A DNA stretch of 63,836 bases from Holosporaceae bacterium UBA7879 (GTDB lineage Bacteria; Pseudomonadota; Alphaproteobacteria; UBA7879): positions 1 through 63,836 of the forward strand of contig DLRV01000020.1 of assembly GCA_002500565.1 (NCBI GenBank), in the 5' to 3' direction. Below, one piece after another: positions 29,863-38,622 of the stretch (its first letter is position 1; each line of letters starts with the position of its first letter). The position numbers and the translations under genes are program-made. A model generated the notes under the pieces. That model made no database searches. It was not told where the DNA came from and worked only from the letters and a program-made list of their open reading frames with translations.

Positions 29863-30609
29863 ATGAAATACATTTTTTTTATAGCTCTCTTTTTATTTAG
29901 TGATATTACATTCTCTATGCCACAGCGCGAAGGTGATAAAGCAGAGGACGAACACGGTGCGGCATCTGCAGCAGCAGGTCCTCAGCATGGTGGAAGATAC
30001 TCACATGGTGTCGTTGTTCCGGCTTTACAACTTTATGTGACGGCAGTTGAGTATATCGTTGATGTAAGCGGAGATAATACGAAAGAGTTTGTTCTCCCTT
30101 ATCAGCAGTCTGATTTTGTAGAAAGAAAATCTGATTTCGTATCTTCCAGCCTTGTTAGAGATGGTATTCTTAGAGAGCGTATTCTTGATACTCTTCATGA
30201 ACGTATTGGTAAAACTCTGTTGCATTCTGTTAGTTGTTATCCTGAAGATTTTGATATAAAAAAATTCTCTCGTGAAGATATTGTTGCAAAAGTTTATGGC
30301 CTTAAAGATATAGCAGGAGTTAGAGTTGAGTTAAGGGAACCACGTTTTGGTACTGCCAGAATTACTTGCAGTCTACAACGTGATTTAGAGAAGTGCTCTT
30401 ATCAAATAAAACCGGCATCGCCTGATGAGTTAAAAGCCTTTGATAGGGCTTTTAGGGTTAAACAGTATTCTACAGTTCAATGTGATGAGTGTGTTCCAGG
30501 CGTGAATCCAGAGAATTTTTTTGCTTTTTATAAATTCATTATTTCCGGTGAATTAGGATCTTTAGGTTTCATTCTTGAATCTCAACCTGTAAAGTCAGAC
30601 AAACTATAA
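29863..30609 (+). CDS. Orphan exported protein (248 aa)
   Basis: Hydrophobic N-terminal signal-like segment (MKYIFFIALFLFSDITFS), Ala-rich acidic stretch (EDEHGAASAAAGPQHGG), several Cys residues. I recognise no domain. Stands as its own transcription unit. Confidence 0.65.
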   Translation: MKYIFFIALFLFSDITFSMPQREGDKAEDEHGAASAAAGPQHGGRYSHGVVVPALQLYVTAVEYIVDVSGDNTKEFVLPYQQSDFVERKSDFVSSSLVRDGILRERILDTLHERIGKTLLHSVSCYPEDFDIKKFSREDIVAKVYGLKDIAGVRVELREPRFGTARITCSLQRDLEKCSYQIKPASPDELKAFDRAFRVKQYSTVQCDECVPGVNPENFFAFYKFIISGELGSLGFILESQPVKSDKL

Positions 30610-30709
30610 AACTCTTTTTTATATAGTTTTTCTGATTAGCTAAATATTTGTCATTCAACTTTATGATCATCCTCTGTATCAGATGTGATAAATAAAAACT
30701 ATTTCTTTT

Positions 30710-32683
30710 TCATGAAAATGAGTAGGGGTCCACATCAACAGTTATTCGAATAGATTGACTAAGTTCTAGGTTAGAAAGCCACTCTTGCAAGTAGTTGGTA
30801 TGAAGAGTAGCTTTGTTAGATTTAACCAAAAAACGCCAGCGATATAACTTCTTAAGCCGGGTTAAGGGTGCAGGTGTAGGGCCTAAGATTTGAACGCCTG
30901 GCTTTTTTGGATGGCAGCGTAATAAATCCATGGCTGCTTGTTTAACTTCTTTTTCTTTTGCTCCCTCAACAATGAGTGCTGTTAAACGGCCAAAAGGGGG
31001 TAAGCTCAGACGTTGGCGTTGTTCAAGCTCTGTTTTGTAAAACTTTTGACCATCATTTTGACAAAGGGCCATGAAGGCTGGATGGTCAGGGGCAAAGGTT
31101 TGTAAATAAACGTGACCTGGTTTATCAGCACGGCCACACCTACCTGCGACTTGATGGAGTAATTGAAAGCTTCTTTCTGTGGTGCGCAGATCAAATTCAA
31201 TGGGGCCAAGTGTGGCATCTACCACCCCAACCAACGTTAGATTTGGAAAGTGATGGCCTTTGGCCATTGTTTGAGTGGCAATGATGACTCTCGCTTCGCC
31301 AGATTCAATTTGATCAAAAGCTTGCTTCATCTTTTTGGGCGTTGAGAGGGTATCACTGGTCATAAGAAGAAGGGGCCAGTCAGGATGTTTTTCTTTAATC
31401 TCTTCAACTAGTTTTTCAACACCAACACCAAAAAACAAAAAATCTTCCTTGTCACTGCATTGGCCACATGCACTGCTTGCCTTGCGTTGATAGCCACAAT
31501 GATGACAGAGGAGGGCTTGAGTGTGTTTATGATAAACAAGATTAACATCGCACTTTTTGCATGTTTGATTGGTTCGGCAACTTTGACAAAAAGCAATGGG
31601 GGCATACCCGCGGCGGTTTAAGAAAAGAAGAGATTGTTCGCCGCGCTCATAATTTCCCTCTAGCGCTTGCCAAAGAGTTGGGGAAATGGATTGCTCTTTT
31701 GCTAGGATTTCTTGTTTCAAGTCAATGGGATGCATGGTCGGCATGAGCGCTGGCCCGTAGCGTTTAGTCAGGCGCATGTATTGGTATTTGCCGCTATGAA
31801 CATTTTGAATGGTTTCAACACTTGGGGTGGCGGATGTAAGGATAATCGGGCAAGAAGCCAACTGGGCGCGGCGGACGGCCATGTCGCGGGCATGATAACG
31901 AACCAGGGATTCTTGCTTGTAACTTGCATCGTGCTCTTCATCAACAACGATTAGGCCTAAGTTTTGATGGGGCAGGCACAGAGCAGAGCGGGTGCCAACA
32001 ACCACAGCTGTGCCAGCATTGATTTTAAGCCATGCTTCTTGGCGTTGTTTGGGTGTCATGTGTGAATGCCAAAAGATGGGTTTAAAGCCAAAGCAAGATT
32101 CAAAGCGGGCCAGCCAGGCAGCGGTCAGATTGATTTCAGGCAGTAAGATCAGCGCATTTTTTCCAGCCTCTAGACAGGTTTGCAGAGCTTGGAAATACAC
32201 TTCTGTTTTACCCGATCCTGTGACACCTTCCAAAAGCAGCGGGGCGAATGAATGATTTTTCACCAGGGTTTCAAGTTGGGTTGCAGCAGATTTTTGCTCG
32301 GTGTTTAAGTGCAGCGGCTGAAATGAAAAAGACGGTTTGTTTTCAGAGTTTTCAGTGTTGGTACTTAAAGCGGGTTGTTTGATACCACCCAGATACATTT
32401 TGAATACCAGGCCTTGAGGAGAGACGGTGTAGTTAGCAAGCCAGGTGATGAAATCTCTGTTTTCTGTAGAGAGGGATGCAGGTAACATGGATTCAATTGA
32501 CCGGAGCTTTAAAATGGGAACGGTGGAGGCTGCGATGATTTCTGTGACCCAACCAATATGATGCGCGCGGCGGAATGGCACGACAACCAATTGATTTAGC
32601 TGAATCGCCATCGTTTCTGGGATCAGATAATCAAGCGGGCCAAGGGCGATAGGGAGGCAGACTTTTGCAACAGGCTGATTCAT
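30710..32683 (-). CDS. priA: Primosomal protein N' (replication restart helicase PriA)
   Basis: Walker A GVTGSGKTEVY, DEEHD box and a Cys-rich zinc-binding insert (CQSCRTNQTCKKCDVNLVYHKHTQALLCHHCGY). Confidence 0.92.
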   Translation of the reverse strand: MNQPVAKVCLPIALGPLDYLIPETMAIQLNQLVVVPFRRAHHIGWVTEIIAASTVPILKLRSIESMLPASLSTENRDFITWLANYTVSPQGLVFKMYLGGIKQPALSTNTENSENKPSFSFQPLHLNTEQKSAATQLETLVKNHSFAPLLLEGVTGSGKTEVYFQALQTCLEAGKNALILLPEINLTAAWLARFESCFGFKPIFWHSHMTPKQRQEAWLKINAGTAVVVGTRSALCLPHQNLGLIVVDEEHDASYKQESLVRYHARDMAVRRAQLASCPIILTSATPSVETIQNVHSGKYQYMRLTKRYGPALMPTMHPIDLKQEILAKEQSISPTLWQALEGNYERGEQSLLFLNRRGYAPIAFCQSCRTNQTCKKCDVNLVYHKHTQALLCHHCGYQRKASSACGQCSDKEDFLFFGVGVEKLVEEIKEKHPDWPLLLMTSDTLSTPKKMKQAFDQIESGEARVIIATQTMAKGHHFPNLTLVGVVDATLGPIEFDLRTTERSFQLLHQVAGRCGRADKPGHVYLQTFAPDHPAFMALCQNDGQKFYKTELEQRQRLSLPPFGRLTALIVEGAKEKEVKQAAMDLLRCHPKKPGVQILGPTPAPLTRLKKLYRWRFLVKSNKATLHTNYLQEWLSNLELSQSIRITVDVDPYSFS

Positions 32684-32750
32684 TGTCAGTGACTTCGGTT
32701 CCGGTTTTGTATAAAGTGACTATACTGAGCATAACTCTTTGAGGCAATCT

Positions 32751-33404
32751 ATGAAGTTTTTTATTGATGGTGCAGATATTCAAGAAATTGAATCATTGGC
32801 GATGATGGGCCTGGTGGATGGTGTGACAACCAACCCAAGCATTATTGCCAAAAGCGGCCGCAACATTCACAAAGTTATTGAAGAGATTTGTGATGTTGTG
32901 TCCGGGCCTGTAAGCGCTGAAGTTGTGTCGGATGATGCAGAGGGAATGCTACGTGAGGCGGGATCTTTGGCTAAGATTGCTCCAAATGTAACGATTAAAG
33001 TGCCACTAACAGAAGAGGGGCTTAAGGCCTGTTACCGTTTGCGGGAGCGGGACGTGATGGTCAATGTAACGTTGTGTTTTTCAGCGGCGCAGGCTTTGTT
33101 GGCGGCCAAAGCAGGGGCAACTTTTATCTCGCCATTCGTGGGGCGTTTGGATGATATTGGACACGATGGACTTGGTTTAATTGAAGAGATTGTAACGATT
33201 TATGAAAATGACCCACTGATCACAACCGAAGTTCTGGTGGCATCGGTTCGCAATCCTATGCACATTGTAACGGCGGCTCAGCTTGGCGCGCATGTTGCAA
33301 CGGCACCGGCAAGTGTGTTTCGACAAATGCTTAACCATCCATTAACCAATGCGGGTTTGGAGAAGTTTAAACAAGACTGGCAAGCATCTGGCCAAACCAT
33401 CTAG
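32751..33404 (+). CDS. tal: Transaldolase / fructose-6-phosphate aldolase family (short type)
   Basis: MKFFIDGADIQEI...GVTTNPSI, Schiff-base lysine context TIKVP, about 217 aa. ATG at 32751; the ORF track starts at 32739. Confidence 0.88.
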   Translation: MKFFIDGADIQEIESLAMMGLVDGVTTNPSIIAKSGRNIHKVIEEICDVVSGPVSAEVVSDDAEGMLREAGSLAKIAPNVTIKVPLTEEGLKACYRLRERDVMVNVTLCFSAAQALLAAKAGATFISPFVGRLDDIGHDGLGLIEEIVTIYENDPLITTEVLVASVRNPMHIVTAAQLGAHVATAPASVFRQMLNHPLTNAGLEKFKQDWQASGQTI

Positions 33405-33407
33405 GCA

Positions 33408-34346
33408 ATGAAAACGACAGACAGCTTGATTGATGCAGGATTGAAGCAAGATTGGCTGGCGTGGCAACAATGGTTACAATTTGAAAAGCGGTATTCGCAT
33501 CATACGCTGACAGCCTATGTGAGTGATACTGAGCATTTCTTTGTTTTTTACAAAGCGTATCAAGAGCTGAACACGGCTCTGGGCCTTGAGTCTTTACAAA
33601 GTCTGGAAATTGCAACAGTGCGGGCTTGGTTGAGTCAACGACGGCTAAGAGAGCGCAAAGCCCCAGCCACCCTGGCCCGAGCGCTTTCATCACTACGAAG
33701 TTTTTACACGTTTTTATTGCAAAAATATGAGCTAAAAAACAACGTTTTTGATCACATTCAGGGTCCAAAACAAGCCCTTTTGATGCCAAAAGGAGTCGGT
33801 TTTGATGATTTTAAGCACCTTATTGAACCGCTGCAAAAAAAAACAACTTGGCAAAGCCTTCGAGATTTAGCTTTGATTACTTTATTGTATGGAACAGGGC
33901 TGCGCATTAGTGAAGCCATTAATTTAAGGCAAGGCGATATCAATGAAAAAACTCAAGAACTTATTGTTAAAGGAAAGGGAAACAAAACCCGGGTGGTGCC
34001 AGTCTTGCCACAAATCGTTGAGCACATCCAAAAATACTGTGAGGTGTGCCCGTATATGGGTGATGTGGCAGCGCCGTTGTTTTATGGCAACCGGGGTGGG
34101 GCCCTGACAGCGGGAGCGGCACAACGGACATTGGTTAAACTGCGGCGGGAGCTGGGTCTGCCGGAAACCCTAACGCCGCATGCGCTGCGGCACAGCTATG
34201 CATCGCATCTTTTGCAGGGTGGGGCCGATTTGCGGGTGATTCAGGAATTGTTGGGACATGCCAGTTTATCAACCACCCAACGTTATGCCCATGCAGACAT
34301 GAAGCATATCCAAGATGTTTACAAAAACAAACACCCACGGGGGTAA
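33408..34346 (+). CDS. xerC: Tyrosine recombinase XerC/XerD family (XerC-like)
   Basis: Catalytic region GLRISEA...HALRHSYASHLL...LLGHASLSTTQRYAH, with an N-terminal SAM-like core-binding domain. C-terminus ends VYKNKHPR as in XerC. Confidence 0.75.
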   Translation: MKTTDSLIDAGLKQDWLAWQQWLQFEKRYSHHTLTAYVSDTEHFFVFYKAYQELNTALGLESLQSLEIATVRAWLSQRRLRERKAPATLARALSSLRSFYTFLLQKYELKNNVFDHIQGPKQALLMPKGVGFDDFKHLIEPLQKKTTWQSLRDLALITLLYGTGLRISEAINLRQGDINEKTQELIVKGKGNKTRVVPVLPQIVEHIQKYCEVCPYMGDVAAPLFYGNRGGALTAGAAQRTLVKLRRELGLPETLTPHALRHSYASHLLQGGADLRVIQELLGHASLSTTQRYAHADMKHIQDVYKNKHPRG

Positions 34347-34443
34347 GAATACCATTTAAAAAGACTTTGCTTAAGCACATAATATGCAGGGGTTTTTATA
34401 TGCTTTTATCAAGATTTTTTGACCTGAAATTCTTAGGTAAAAC

Positions 34444-34471
34444 TTGAAAAAACAAATTTAGTTAATATATT
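34444..34471 (+). promoter_or_regulatory. Promoter candidate of Sel1 gene 1 (conserved in all three paralogs)
   Basis: TTGAAA (34444-49), 16-nt spacer, TATATT (34466-71), 25 nt before the ATG. The same architecture is found at 36526-53 and 38573-600. Confidence 0.5.
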
Positions 34472-34495
34472 ATTTACAAAACAGAGATATTAAAC

Positions 34496-36283
34496 ATGAA
34501 AAAACTTTACCACCTTTCGAGCCTTGTCGTTGCATTGTTTGCCTTTGCTGGACATGCAATTGGGGAAGAGGGACATGATGGTGAAGAGCCTTCAGCTAAA
34601 AGAGCTAAGGCAGCAGCTGCAGGGCCTGGTGCTGCAGAAGGGGTCGATGAAGAACGTTCTATGTCCAGAGGAGCTTCTTCTGAAGAGGGGCAAGATGTTG
34701 ATGTAGCTGCTTTAACTACTCAGGCTGAACAAGGAGATGCTGACGCGCAAAATAGACTTGCTCATGCCTATAAAGAAGGTGAAGGAGGTGTTCCGCAAGA
34801 TTGCAGAAAAGCTTTTGAATGGTACCGCAAATCAGCCGAGCAAGGGAATGGCGAGGGGTTGTTTAGATCAGGCATGCTTTATTTGACAGGAAAAGGCGTC
34901 GCCCATGACAAAGCTCAAGCTGTTAAGCTTCTTCAAGAGGCTGCAAAGCAAGGGCATGTGTTCGCACAAAATAATTTTGGGGCTTGTTTTCAAAATGGCT
35001 GGGGTGTTCCTCAAGACGTTGCTCAAGCGGCTCTATGGTATCGCAAAGCCGCTGAGCAAGGGGCTTTAGAGGCTAAGAATAATTTAGAGCGGCTTTGTGA
35101 TAGCGGTTTGGTCACTTCTCAAGATTTTACTCTAGCGGCAGCAAGGTTTACACTAGCCGCCCAACAACCAGACGGTGCGTCAGCACAGTATTTGTTGGCT
35201 TTGTGTTATTCTTATGGCCAGGGCGTTCCCAAGGACCACGCTCAAGCAGCTGTATGGTTTAGCAAAGCTGCACAGGAAGGGCACGCAGATGCGCAATTTA
35301 TGTTATCCGCTCTTTATCTTTATGGGAAAGATGTGCCTCAAAATAATTTCCAAGCATTAAGGTGGTGTCTCAAAGCCGCAGAGAATAGACATGCAGCGGC
35401 GCAAAATAGTCTTGGGGTTTGTTTTTTGCATGGCCGTGTTTTACCTCAGGACCAAGCTAAAGCAATTGAATGGTTTAGAAAAGCCGCAGAGCAGAGATAT
35501 GCATGTGCGCAACATAATTTAGGCATATGTTATGCAAAGGGTCATGGCGTTCCTCAAAATCACGCGCTAGCAGTGGAATGGTATCGCAAAGCTGCTGAGC
35601 AAGGCCTTGACAAAGCGCAAATCTCTTTAGGTGCTTGTTATGTTGATGGCCTGGGTGTGTCTCAAGATTACTCTAAAGCTTTTTTCTGGTATCAAAAAGC
35701 TGCCGAACAAGGTCATGCAATGGCGCAATTTAACTTGGGTCAGCATTATGCGCATGGTATGGGCGTCCTGAAGGACATGCATCAAGCAATAGAATGGTAT
35801 CGCAAAGCCGCTGAGCAAGGGGATGAATGGGCGCAATATAGTTTAGGCTTATGTTTTAAAAAAGGAGAGGGCGTTCCGCAAGACCTAGAACAAGCAATAG
35901 AATGGTATCGCAAAGCCGCTGAGCAAGGCAATTACATGGGGCAAAATGGCCTCGGTGCTTGTTATGAAAATGGCATTGGTGTTCCTCAGGACTACGTTCA
36001 AGCCATTGAATGGTATCGAAAATCTGCAAAACAAGGGTATTCAGCAGCATACTATAATCTCGGTGGTTGTTATGAAAATGGTAAGGGCGTTCCCAAGAAC
36101 ATGAGTCAAGCTATTGCATACTATAAAAAAGCCGCTGAGAAAGGGTATGAAGACGCAAAATCAGCGCTTGCAAGATTTGAAAGGGCTGCCGCCGGATCAG
36201 CGCAGCAAGAAGAAGATGGAGCAGCATCAGCTGCTGCAGAAGCCCGAACTGCAAAAGGGTCCTCTGACGCAAAGCGAAGATAA
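34496..36283 (+). CDS. Exported Sel1-repeat (SLR/TPR-like) protein 1, 595 aa
   Basis: Signal peptide MKKLYHLSSLVVALFAFAGHA, acidic/Ala-rich linker, then a dozen or so 36-aa units of the form AQxxLGxCYxxGxGVPQDxxQAxxWYRKAAEQG. Confidence 0.9.
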   Translation: MKKLYHLSSLVVALFAFAGHAIGEEGHDGEEPSAKRAKAAAAGPGAAEGVDEERSMSRGASSEEGQDVDVAALTTQAEQGDADAQNRLAHAYKEGEGGVPQDCRKAFEWYRKSAEQGNGEGLFRSGMLYLTGKGVAHDKAQAVKLLQEAAKQGHVFAQNNFGACFQNGWGVPQDVAQAALWYRKAAEQGALEAKNNLERLCDSGLVTSQDFTLAAARFTLAAQQPDGASAQYLLALCYSYGQGVPKDHAQAAVWFSKAAQEGHADAQFMLSALYLYGKDVPQNNFQALRWCLKAAENRHAAAQNSLGVCFLHGRVLPQDQAKAIEWFRKAAEQRYACAQHNLGICYAKGHGVPQNHALAVEWYRKAAEQGLDKAQISLGACYVDGLGVSQDYSKAFFWYQKAAEQGHAMAQFNLGQHYAHGMGVLKDMHQAIEWYRKAAEQGDEWAQYSLGLCFKKGEGVPQDLEQAIEWYRKAAEQGNYMGQNGLGACYENGIGVPQDYVQAIEWYRKSAKQGYSAAYYNLGGCYENGKGVPKNMSQAIAYYKKAAEKGYEDAKSALARFERAAAGSAQQEEDGAASAAAEARTAKGSSDAKRR

Positions 36284-36463
36284 CTACTGCCACCTTCTGC
36301 ATAGGGCAAAAAGCAGAGAGTGCGTATCGTGTGTGATTTCAAAATGGATAATATATAGATTTTTGATGGCCAGAGGTGCTGCTTTTGCCTCTGAGTCAAA
36401 TGCGTATCTAGATATTTTTATGGTGGAAGAGTCTGCCTTGTTGCTGGTTTGACTAGCCCGCAC
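36239..36463 (+). repeat. Copy 1 of a 225-nt near-identical segment (last 15 codons of the Sel1 gene plus about 180 nt of 3' flank)
   Basis: Aligns base for base with 38282-38506. By eye there are about 3 mismatches in the first 190 nt and about 6 more in the last 35 nt. Confidence 0.9.
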
Positions 36464-36525
36464 CTTCTATCAGTAAGCTTTTAGGAATTAAACCACCTTA
36501 AAAATTAACTATTTTTTAACAAGGG

Positions 36526-36553
36526 TTGAAAAAATAAAATCAGTTAATATATT
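36526..36553 (+). promoter_or_regulatory. Promoter candidate of Sel1 gene 2
   Basis: TTGAAA (36526-31), 16-nt spacer, TATATT (36548-53). The leader is nearly identical to that of gene 1. Confidence 0.5.
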
Positions 36554-36577
36554 ATTTAAAAAACAGAGATAACAAAC

Positions 36578-38326
36578 ATGAAAAAACTTTACCACCTTTC
36601 GAGCGCTGTTGTGGCAATTCTTGCTTTTGCTGGGCATGCAATGGATGTAAATGAACAAAATCTTATTCCTATTGAAGAAGGTCGTTCAGCCAGCCCGGCC
36701 AATGTCCAAGCTGCAGCTGCAGGGCCTGGTGCTGTAGGAGGGATCGATAAAGAAAGTTCAATGTCCAGAGGAGCTTCTTCTTCTAGAGAGGAACAAGATA
36801 CCTTTAAACCGTTTGTAACTGTTCATTTTACAGCAATGAATGCTGAAGAGCAAAATAATCTGGGTATTAGTTATGCAAATGGTCATGGTGTTCCTCAGGA
36901 CCACGCACTAGCGGCTCAATGGTTTCGCAAAGCCGCAGAGAAAGGGCATGCTGAGGCGCAATGTAACCTAGGTATTTGCTATGCGAACAGTCATGGTGTT
37001 GCGCAAGACTATAGTCAAGCAGTTCGCTGGTTTAGTAAAGCCGCAGAACAAGGGTATGCTGAGGCGCAAAATAATCTGGGTATTAGTTATCTAAATGGTC
37101 ATGGTGTTCCTCAGGACCACGCTCAAGCAGCTCAATGGTTTCGCAAAGCCGCCAAGCAAGGGCATGCTGAGGCGCAAAATAATCTAGGTGCTTGTTATTT
37201 AAATGGTCGAGGTGTGCCTCAAGGCTTTTGTCAAGCAGTTTATTGGTTTAGAAAAGCCGCAGAGCAGGGGTGTGCCGAGGCCCAATATAACCTAGGTATT
37301 TGCTATGTGAACAGTCATGGCGTTGCGCAAGACTATGGTCAAGCAGTTCGCTGGTTTCGTAAAGCCGCTGACCAGGGGGATGCTAATGCGCAAAATAATC
37401 TGGGTGTTAGTTATGAAAATGGTCGTGGTGTTCCTCAGGACCACGGACTAGCAGTTCAATGGTATCGCAAAGCCGCAGAACAAGGGCATGCAAGGGCGAA
37501 ATATAATCTCGGCATTTGTTATACGAATGGTAAGGGCGTTGCGCAAGACCTAGAGCAAGCAGTAGCATGGTTTAGAAAAGCCGCCGAGCAAGGGCATGCA
37601 GATGCGCAATATAATTTAGGCTTCTGTTATCAAAATGGAGAGGGCGTTCCTCAGGACTACACGCAAGCAGTAGAATGGTATCGCAAAGCCGCAGAACAAG
37701 GACATGTAGACGCGCAATATAATCTTGGGTTTTGTTATACGAATGGTCATGGTGTTTCTCAAAATCACGCGGTAGCAGTAGAATGGTATCGCAAAGCCGT
37801 AGAACAAGAGCATGTAAAGGCGCAATTTAGTCTTGGCACGTGTTATCTGAAGGGACATGGCGTTCCGCAAAGTCACGCTCAAGCAGTTCAATGGCTTAGA
37901 AAAGCTGCAGAACAAGGGCAAGCAAACGCGCAGTGTATTTTGGGTATTTTTTATGAAAACGGCCAGGGCGTTTCACAAGACTTAGAACAAGCGATAGAAT
38001 GGTATGGAAAAGCCGCTGCACAAGGGGTTGCAGAGGCGCAAAGTAGTCTTGGTTATCATTATGTAGAGGGTAAAGGTGTGCCGCAAGACTATGGTCAAGC
38101 CGTAGCATGGTTTAGAAAGGCTGCAGAACAAGGGCATGCAAAGGCGCAATATAATCTTGGCATTTGTTATATGAAGGGGACAGGCGTTCCTCAGGACACC
38201 CGTCAAGCAGCTCAATGGTTAATTAAAGCAGCAGACCAAGGGTATGAAGCGGCATCACTGCTTGAAAGATTTGCGCAGCAAGAAGCCCGAACTGCAAAAG
38301 GGTCCTCTGACGCAAAGCGAAGATAA
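36578..38326 (+). CDS. Exported Sel1-repeat protein 2, 582 aa
   Basis: Signal peptide MKKLYHLSSAVVAILAFAGHA, a linker containing AAAAGPGA, about 13 Sel1 units, and the same C-terminal peptide ARTAKGSSDAKRR as protein 1. Confidence 0.9.
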   Translation: MKKLYHLSSAVVAILAFAGHAMDVNEQNLIPIEEGRSASPANVQAAAAGPGAVGGIDKESSMSRGASSSREEQDTFKPFVTVHFTAMNAEEQNNLGISYANGHGVPQDHALAAQWFRKAAEKGHAEAQCNLGICYANSHGVAQDYSQAVRWFSKAAEQGYAEAQNNLGISYLNGHGVPQDHAQAAQWFRKAAKQGHAEAQNNLGACYLNGRGVPQGFCQAVYWFRKAAEQGCAEAQYNLGICYVNSHGVAQDYGQAVRWFRKAADQGDANAQNNLGVSYENGRGVPQDHGLAVQWYRKAAEQGHARAKYNLGICYTNGKGVAQDLEQAVAWFRKAAEQGHADAQYNLGFCYQNGEGVPQDYTQAVEWYRKAAEQGHVDAQYNLGFCYTNGHGVSQNHAVAVEWYRKAVEQEHVKAQFSLGTCYLKGHGVPQSHAQAVQWLRKAAEQGQANAQCILGIFYENGQGVSQDLEQAIEWYGKAAAQGVAEAQSSLGYHYVEGKGVPQDYGQAVAWFRKAAEQGHAKAQYNLGICYMKGTGVPQDTRQAAQWLIKAADQGYEAASLLERFAQQEARTAKGSSDAKRR

Positions 38327-38506
38327 CTACTGCCACCTTCTGCATAGGGCAAAAAGCAGAGAGTGCGTATCGTGTGTGATTTCAAAATGGATAATATATA
38401 GATTTTTGATGACCAGAGGTGCTGCTTTTGCCTCTGAGTCAAATGCGTATCTAGATGTTTTTGTGGTGGAAGAGTCTGCCTCGTTTCCAGTTTGGTTAGC
38501 CCGCAC
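38282..38506 (+). repeat. Copy 2 of the 225-nt near-identical tail plus 3' flank segment
   Basis: See 36239-36463. Confidence 0.9.
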
Positions 38507-38572
38507 TGGCTTTTTATAACATGTTTCAATGATATCTGTGGTAGTCCCCAAATAACTTTTTTCAAATAAAAC

Positions 38573-38600
38573 TTGAAAAATATTAATTAATTAATATTTT
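38573..38600 (+). promoter_or_regulatory. Promoter candidate of Sel1 gene 3
   Basis: TTGAAA (38573-78), 16-nt spacer, TATTTT (38595-600), 22 nt before the ATG at 38623. Confidence 0.4.
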
Positions 38601-38622
38601 GTTTACAAAGAGAGATGTAAAA

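Noticed and set aside
33408-34346. The tyrosine recombinase as an integrase marking the Sel1 region as a mobile island
   Set aside because: The sequence is XerC/XerD-like throughout and the gene sits in a housekeeping context (tal upstream). I saw no att-like direct repeats, tRNA gene or other mobility genes around the Sel1 genes.
36114-36452. Conserved ORFs on both strands in the duplicated Sel1 3' flank (36114..36452 +, 36121..36399 -, 38244..38519 +, 38212..38565 -)
   Set aside because: Conservation is uniform at the DNA level, so it gives no codon-position signal. The ORFs overlap each other and the Sel1 gene ends, lack SD sequences and encode low-complexity peptides. I treat the segment as a non-coding repeat, although a small protein cannot be strictly excluded.
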